From: a virus
IMG/VR virus record: IMGVR_UViG_3300028833_000003
Length of the DNA: 64,000 bases
Direction: 5' to 3' (one strand)
Positions 60,322 to 64,000 of the stretch are shown one piece after another. Each line of letters starts with the position of its first letter. The first letter of the stretch is position 1. The notes under the pieces are model-generated. The model ran no database searches. It had not been told where the DNA came from and saw only the letters and a list, made by a program, of their open reading frames with translations. A program made the position numbers and the translations under genes.

Positions 60322-60664
60322 TTATAACATTACGTCTGAATGTATGAGTGCAAAAGATGCAGTTGCTCTTTCTAATAAGGAATACCAGCGCCTGCGGGAC
60401 CTGGTATTCCAGCTTTTGCGTAAAACTTTTAACGATGAAGTGCGCAAGGCCGCAACCACTGGCCTGCATTGGTTTAGATGGCGCGTCGTAGATAATAATT
60501 TGCATGTATCAACAGCCGTCACAGAAGAACTAAGTGATTTTGTGCGGCACCTGCGTGCGCTAGGATATGCGGCGGATGTAACTACTGGCCATTCTGGTGT
60601 AACGAATGGTTATATTTGCGCATGGGGCGAAGATGCTGCTAAATTGATTGAGGAGAATATGTAA
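60314..60664 (+). CDS. hypothetical protein (116 aa)
   Basis: AAGGAGG RBS inside the upstream gene. Confidence 0.7.
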   Translation: MPNYNITSECMSAKDAVALSNKEYQRLRDLVFQLLRKTFNDEVRKAATTGLHWFRWRVVDNNLHVSTAVTEELSDFVRHLRALGYAADVTTGHSGVTNGYICAWGEDAAKLIEENM

Positions 60665-60867
60665 TGGATGTATTAAAAATGACGGTCGGGCATCTTTCAG
60701 AAACTGAAAGTGAAGCTCTTAAAACTGCGGTTGATGTATTAGAAGAAGTCATGGCAACTGCGCAAGAATATAATTCTATTTATCATGATGCAGAGACAGC
60801 CAAAGATGCTATTGAGATGTTCATAATTAAATATGTTCGCAATAGAACGGACGTGTGGTTCAAATAA
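60664..60867 (+). CDS. hypothetical protein (67 aa)
   Basis: TAATG overlap with the upstream stop. Confidence 0.6.
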   Translation: MDVLKMTVGHLSETESEALKTAVDVLEEVMATAQEYNSIYHDAETAKDAIEMFIIKYVRNRTDVWFK

Positions 60868-61340
60868 TGAAATTTTATACATCATATTTCTATCAAGTTA
60901 GGTTTTTTCCACCTAATTTAATTCCTCTATCAACAGCATGTTCAGACCCAAAATGGTTTCACGACAATAAAGGTTTAAAATGGCAATTCAAAGATAAGCG
61001 CGGCGTGCTAAATGGACTGCGTGCCGAACCGTTTGTGCCCGGCTAGCAGTTATATGGATTGTGTCGCGGACCTGAATATTGTGAAACAATTAATCCTCAA
61101 ACGTGTGATTTTTTACGTGCTTATAAAGCACAATTAGATGCGTTATACTATGATAGTATAATGTATCGTTTCCAACAGTTGCATGATAAAATATGTCATG
61201 CAGAGAACCTTGACAATGTAGATTTTGCTCTTTTGGTCCATGAGGCACCGACAAACCAATGTAGTGAAAGAAAAACTCTACAAAATTGGTTTCTTTCACA
61301 TAACGTGCCAATTAGCGAATGGTCAAAAGATCAAATATAA
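60867..61340 (+). CDS. hypothetical protein (157 aa) containing one sense TAG
   Basis: ORF-track pieces 60855..61046 and 61059..61340 are in the same frame, separated only by TAG 61044-61046. TAATG start coupling at 60867. Confidence 0.6.
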
Positions 61341-61365
61341 ATAATTTATTTAAAGGAGAAAGTGT

Positions 61366-62034
61366 ATGAAGAAGTTTGTAGTTTTCATTATGTCTATTCT
61401 CGTCGCGCTGTCAGTAGTAATGTCAGCATCTGCGCTGACGCTATCTGGTGAAGCATTGTGGGCCATTAGCACCGAACAGCATGTTATGGGCATTATTGAC
61501 CCGGCTAAGGTAGAGCACTACTTTGGTCCGCAGGAACCTCCTAAGCCCTATGTGCGCGGGTTCCTTGAAAATGGCCTGGTGCGCGAGAAAGGTTTGCAGG
61601 CTTACACTATCAGCGCAAGCGGTCAGCTGGGTGGATTTACTACTCTGAAAACGACTGTTACAATTTTCCCTCAGTTTGAGGAAGTCGTTTATGGCCTAGT
61701 AACTGATAAGTGCGGATATGAACCCAATAGTGTAACAGATTATATCCTTGCTACTATGTATTTTACTGATGAGTATGTCGGTCACGTATTTATTAAGACT
61801 AACGTGCCGAAGTTCCATGTTGGTACAATTACTATTACCGATAAAAAGGATACTATTGAACTTTATATGGGCGACTTTGATCTTGATGGAAATATGGAAC
61901 TTGGATTTGCGCCTGGCTGGACTCCTTGTCAGCCCGCACCTAAGAAGTGCTGCGGCAAATGGACAGTTAAGTGCATTACTGTAACTCAGATTTGTTATAT
62001 TAAGCAGTGCTTCCAGAAGACTAAGTGTAAGTAA
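61366..62034 (+). CDS. secreted protein with a Cys/Lys-rich C-terminal tail (222 aa)
   Basis: AAAGGAGAA RBS. Signal-peptide-like N-terminus (..VVMSASA/LT). The last 39 aa contain 8 Cys and 8 Lys. Confidence 0.7.
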   Translation: MKKFVVFIMSILVALSVVMSASALTLSGEALWAISTEQHVMGIIDPAKVEHYFGPQEPPKPYVRGFLENGLVREKGLQAYTISASGQLGGFTTLKTTVTIFPQFEEVVYGLVTDKCGYEPNSVTDYILATMYFTDEYVGHVFIKTNVPKFHVGTITITDKKDTIELYMGDFDLDGNMELGFAPGWTPCQPAPKKCCGKWTVKCITVTQICYIKQCFQKTKCK

Positions 62035-62041
62035 TTTATTT

Positions 62042-62069
62042 GGCCGGTGAAAATCCGGCCTATTTTTTT
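62042..62069 (+). terminator. rho-independent terminator
   Basis: Stem GGCCGG/CCGGCC with a 7-nt loop, followed by a T7 run. Confidence 0.8.
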
Positions 62070-62090
62070 ATGCAAAAATGAATCATCTAT

Positions 62091-62119
62091 TTGAAAATTT
62101 TAAAAAAATATTATATAAT
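62091..62119 (+). promoter_or_regulatory. class-2 promoter with conserved leader, copy B
   Basis: TTGAAA, 17 nt, TATAAT. Conserved block as in copy A. Both leaders end in TGGCAAATG. Confidence 0.65.
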
Positions 62120-62152
62120 ATATATGTAAGATAAATAAAGGAGATGTGGCAA

Positions 62153-63955
62153 ATGAGCGTTTATGAAATCTTTAATGCTTATCGTATGCGTTACGCGACT
62201 GGTTCTGAAAATTGTGAGTGTTCTCCTGACGAAGTGTCTGAGGAAGTATTGCTGCAACCCTGGCGCAAAGCTAAGGGCGAATATCTGATGCAGTTGTTCG
62301 GGGATCAGCTTATCCTGGAACGTCCTTTCACCTATCGTCGTGGTGAGGACGAACTGCGCAATGATATGTCTAATTTCCTTGATCGCAACATTGCCATGTC
62401 TTTCCGCAAGATGATGTGGTCTAAGGTTTGTGACCTGCTTGGTATTGAAAGCCGGCAGTGGTATTGGAATGATGGAGTTCTCTTTGGTGATGTAGAGGAC
62501 CTTCCCAAAGAGTCTCAGGAGCGCGCTAAGCGTTATAAGGTGGCGCTGGCGCTTGAAAATGCGTTCAGCTTTGATTCTCTGATGGAGAACCATATCGGTG
62601 TGGATAAGGCAGTCTCTTGCAAACTGGATGATGGTCGGCGTATTTCCATTGGTTTGAATGAAAAGCCTATGCGCGTTATCGGTAAGTTTGTTAAGCTGTT
62701 CCCTGACGATACTGACATGAAGGAACAATTTGATAAGTATTGTGTTATGCACTCTCAGGTGCTGAACCAGAAGACGCTGAAAGGCACCATCTGTCTGTCT
62801 ATTCATCCTCTGGACTATGCTACCGCTTCTGACAATGCGAATGGCTGGTCTAGCTGTATGTCTTGGCAGGAGCAGGGATGCTATCGTATTGGTACTGTCG
62901 AAATGATGAATAGTCCTATGGTTATTTGCTGCTATGTCAAGAGCGATAATAACATGCTGGATTGGAATTACGCGAATAAGCATTATGTTTGGAATAGCAA
63001 AAAGTGGCGCGCTTGGGCTATTCTGGATATTCATCAGTGCCTGATTAATAAGCAGTATCCTTATGACAATGATGATTTGGCCACTTTCTGCCTGAACTGG
63101 ATTCGTGAGCTGGCGGCTGAAAAGCTGGGCTGGACTTTTGATGCTCCTAAGCTTATCTATGGTGAAAATCCTTCTCATCATGGCGGTCGTGAGATTGATG
63201 GCGGTTATACTCTTGTGTATGACATGAATAAAATGTATAACGACATCAACATCAATGGTGAAGGTAATCTTTGCTGTCTGCGGCATAATTATGCTAAGCT
63301 GTGGAAAATGCCTCAGCGCGTTCATATTAACGTGAGTGGCGTAGATCAGTGCATGTGTTGCGGCAAGGTGTCTAACTGGGACGACCAGACCGAAGGTTCT
63401 CTGTTTGGCACTTGCTGCGATGCTGAAAATGGTTGCCATTGCGCTCGGTGCGGTGATTACGTCAATGAAGATGACATCTATTATGGTCCTGATGATGTCG
63501 CTTATTGCCAGGATTGCTATAATGATATATTCGGTCATTGCGAAATTTGCGACAGTGATGTTGAGCGCGAATATATGAATGATGTAACTGTTCATATCCC
63601 CGAGGATATGATTAAGGAAGGTCTTGAAAAGATTAACGCCATGCCGGAAGTTGATGGATATTTCGACCTGAGCGATTGGCAGATTACCGATTATAGCCTG
63701 CGCAGCTTCTCTGTGTGCGACCAGTGCTGTAAGGATTATCATTGGAGAATTGTGCATGACCCTCGTCTCAATGGTCATCAGTTCTTTGGCGATTTTATTG
63801 ATACTACGAACAAGCAGATGGATGAAATTGATATTAGCATGTTACTGAGACATTGCGACCTGCCTGGCACTCATTATAACTTCCGTTTCAACCACTCCAC
63901 TCGCGAAAAGATGCAGGCTGTGTGGATGGACCTGTGGGATAAATACATGAAGTAA
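62153..63955 (+). CDS. 600-aa protein with a Cys-rich C-terminal third, function unknown
   Basis: ATG lies 9 nt after AAAGGAG; the ORF-track ATG 62144 abuts the RBS. Promoter upstream and terminator downstream. Multiple CxxC/CC pairs between about 63250 and 63740. Confidence 0.75.
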   Translation: MSVYEIFNAYRMRYATGSENCECSPDEVSEEVLLQPWRKAKGEYLMQLFGDQLILERPFTYRRGEDELRNDMSNFLDRNIAMSFRKMMWSKVCDLLGIESRQWYWNDGVLFGDVEDLPKESQERAKRYKVALALENAFSFDSLMENHIGVDKAVSCKLDDGRRISIGLNEKPMRVIGKFVKLFPDDTDMKEQFDKYCVMHSQVLNQKTLKGTICLSIHPLDYATASDNANGWSSCMSWQEQGCYRIGTVEMMNSPMVICCYVKSDNNMLDWNYANKHYVWNSKKWRAWAILDIHQCLINKQYPYDNDDLATFCLNWIRELAAEKLGWTFDAPKLIYGENPSHHGGREIDGGYTLVYDMNKMYNDININGEGNLCCLRHNYAKLWKMPQRVHINVSGVDQCMCCGKVSNWDDQTEGSLFGTCCDAENGCHCARCGDYVNEDDIYYGPDDVAYCQDCYNDIFGHCEICDSDVEREYMNDVTVHIPEDMIKEGLEKINAMPEVDGYFDLSDWQITDYSLRSFSVCDQCCKDYHWRIVHDPRLNGHQFFGDFIDTTNKQMDEIDISMLLRHCDLPGTHYNFRFNHSTREKMQAVWMDLWDKYMK

Positions 63956-63962
63956 TATAACT

Positions 63963-63995
63963 ATCCTCACTCTACAACAAGAGTGAGGATTTTTT
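63963..63995 (+). terminator. rho-independent terminator
   Basis: 10-bp stem ATCCTCACTC/GAGTGAGGAT with an 8-nt loop, followed by a T-run. Confidence 0.8.
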
Positions 63996-64000
63996 ATTTG

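Noticed and set aside
62111-63778. 555-codon minus-strand ORF.
   Set aside because: It is antisense to a plus-strand gene that has a promoter, an RBS and a terminator. The product is Ile/His/Arg/Thr-rich with no RBS. It is noted as a curiosity under the 600-aa gene finding.
1-64000. Search for a suppressor tRNA, other tRNAs, or rRNA.
   Set aside because: No cloverleaf-like sequence or GTTCGAATC-type T-arm was found in the non-coding stretches (40.4-40.75, 44.3-44.6, 55.4-56.3, 57.9-58.25, 59.2-59.56 kb). By eye this is not exhaustive. The suppressor is presumably outside the window.
1-64000. Lysogeny and lysis functions (integrase, CI-like repressor, holin, endolysin).
   Set aside because: None is recognisable in the window. 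Lysis genes may lie just left of position 1, where a new gene starts at 9.

Overview
This window is a contiguous piece of a tailed dsDNA phage genome with siphovirus-type morphogenesis genes. Extended -10 promoters and strong AGGAGG ribosome-binding sites suggest a Firmicutes-like host. There are four blocks.

(1) 1-40042, leftward. This is a packaging, head and tail operon: a regulator-like gene, a small-terminase candidate, TerL, portal, a protease/scaffold fusion, the major capsid protein, neck genes, the major tail protein, a chaperone-position gene, a 4552-codon tape measure, and 1089- and 2317-codon tail genes. These genes exist as intact ORFs only if TAG is read as a sense codon, most likely Gln. 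Every real stop I found is TAA or TGA.

(2) 40100-55420, rightward. This is an early, host-takeover-like block of 37 mostly small genes. It is driven by 36 near-identical TTGACA-17-TATAAT promoters. It has no in-frame TAG and no TAG stops. It also contains paralog families, GC-rich intergenic repeats and six promoters with no ORF behind them.

(3) 55420-59300. This is a repeat-dense non-coding zone followed by five leftward genes, three of which contain in-frame TAG. The repeats include TGTTAC boxes, an ACCCGACCGG array, 21-bp DnaA-box-like repeats, TTTTGAAAT boxes and 22-bp iterons. One of the genes is a winged-helix, Rep-like protein bracketed by the iterons.

(4) 59300-63995, rightward. These genes use a second promoter/leader type, and two of them have single in-frame TAGs.

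I found no rRNA, tRNA, CRISPR array or integrase. All coordinates and translations were worked out by hand from the sequence and the ORF track. Functional names rest on motifs, gene order and recollection of protein families, not on database searches.
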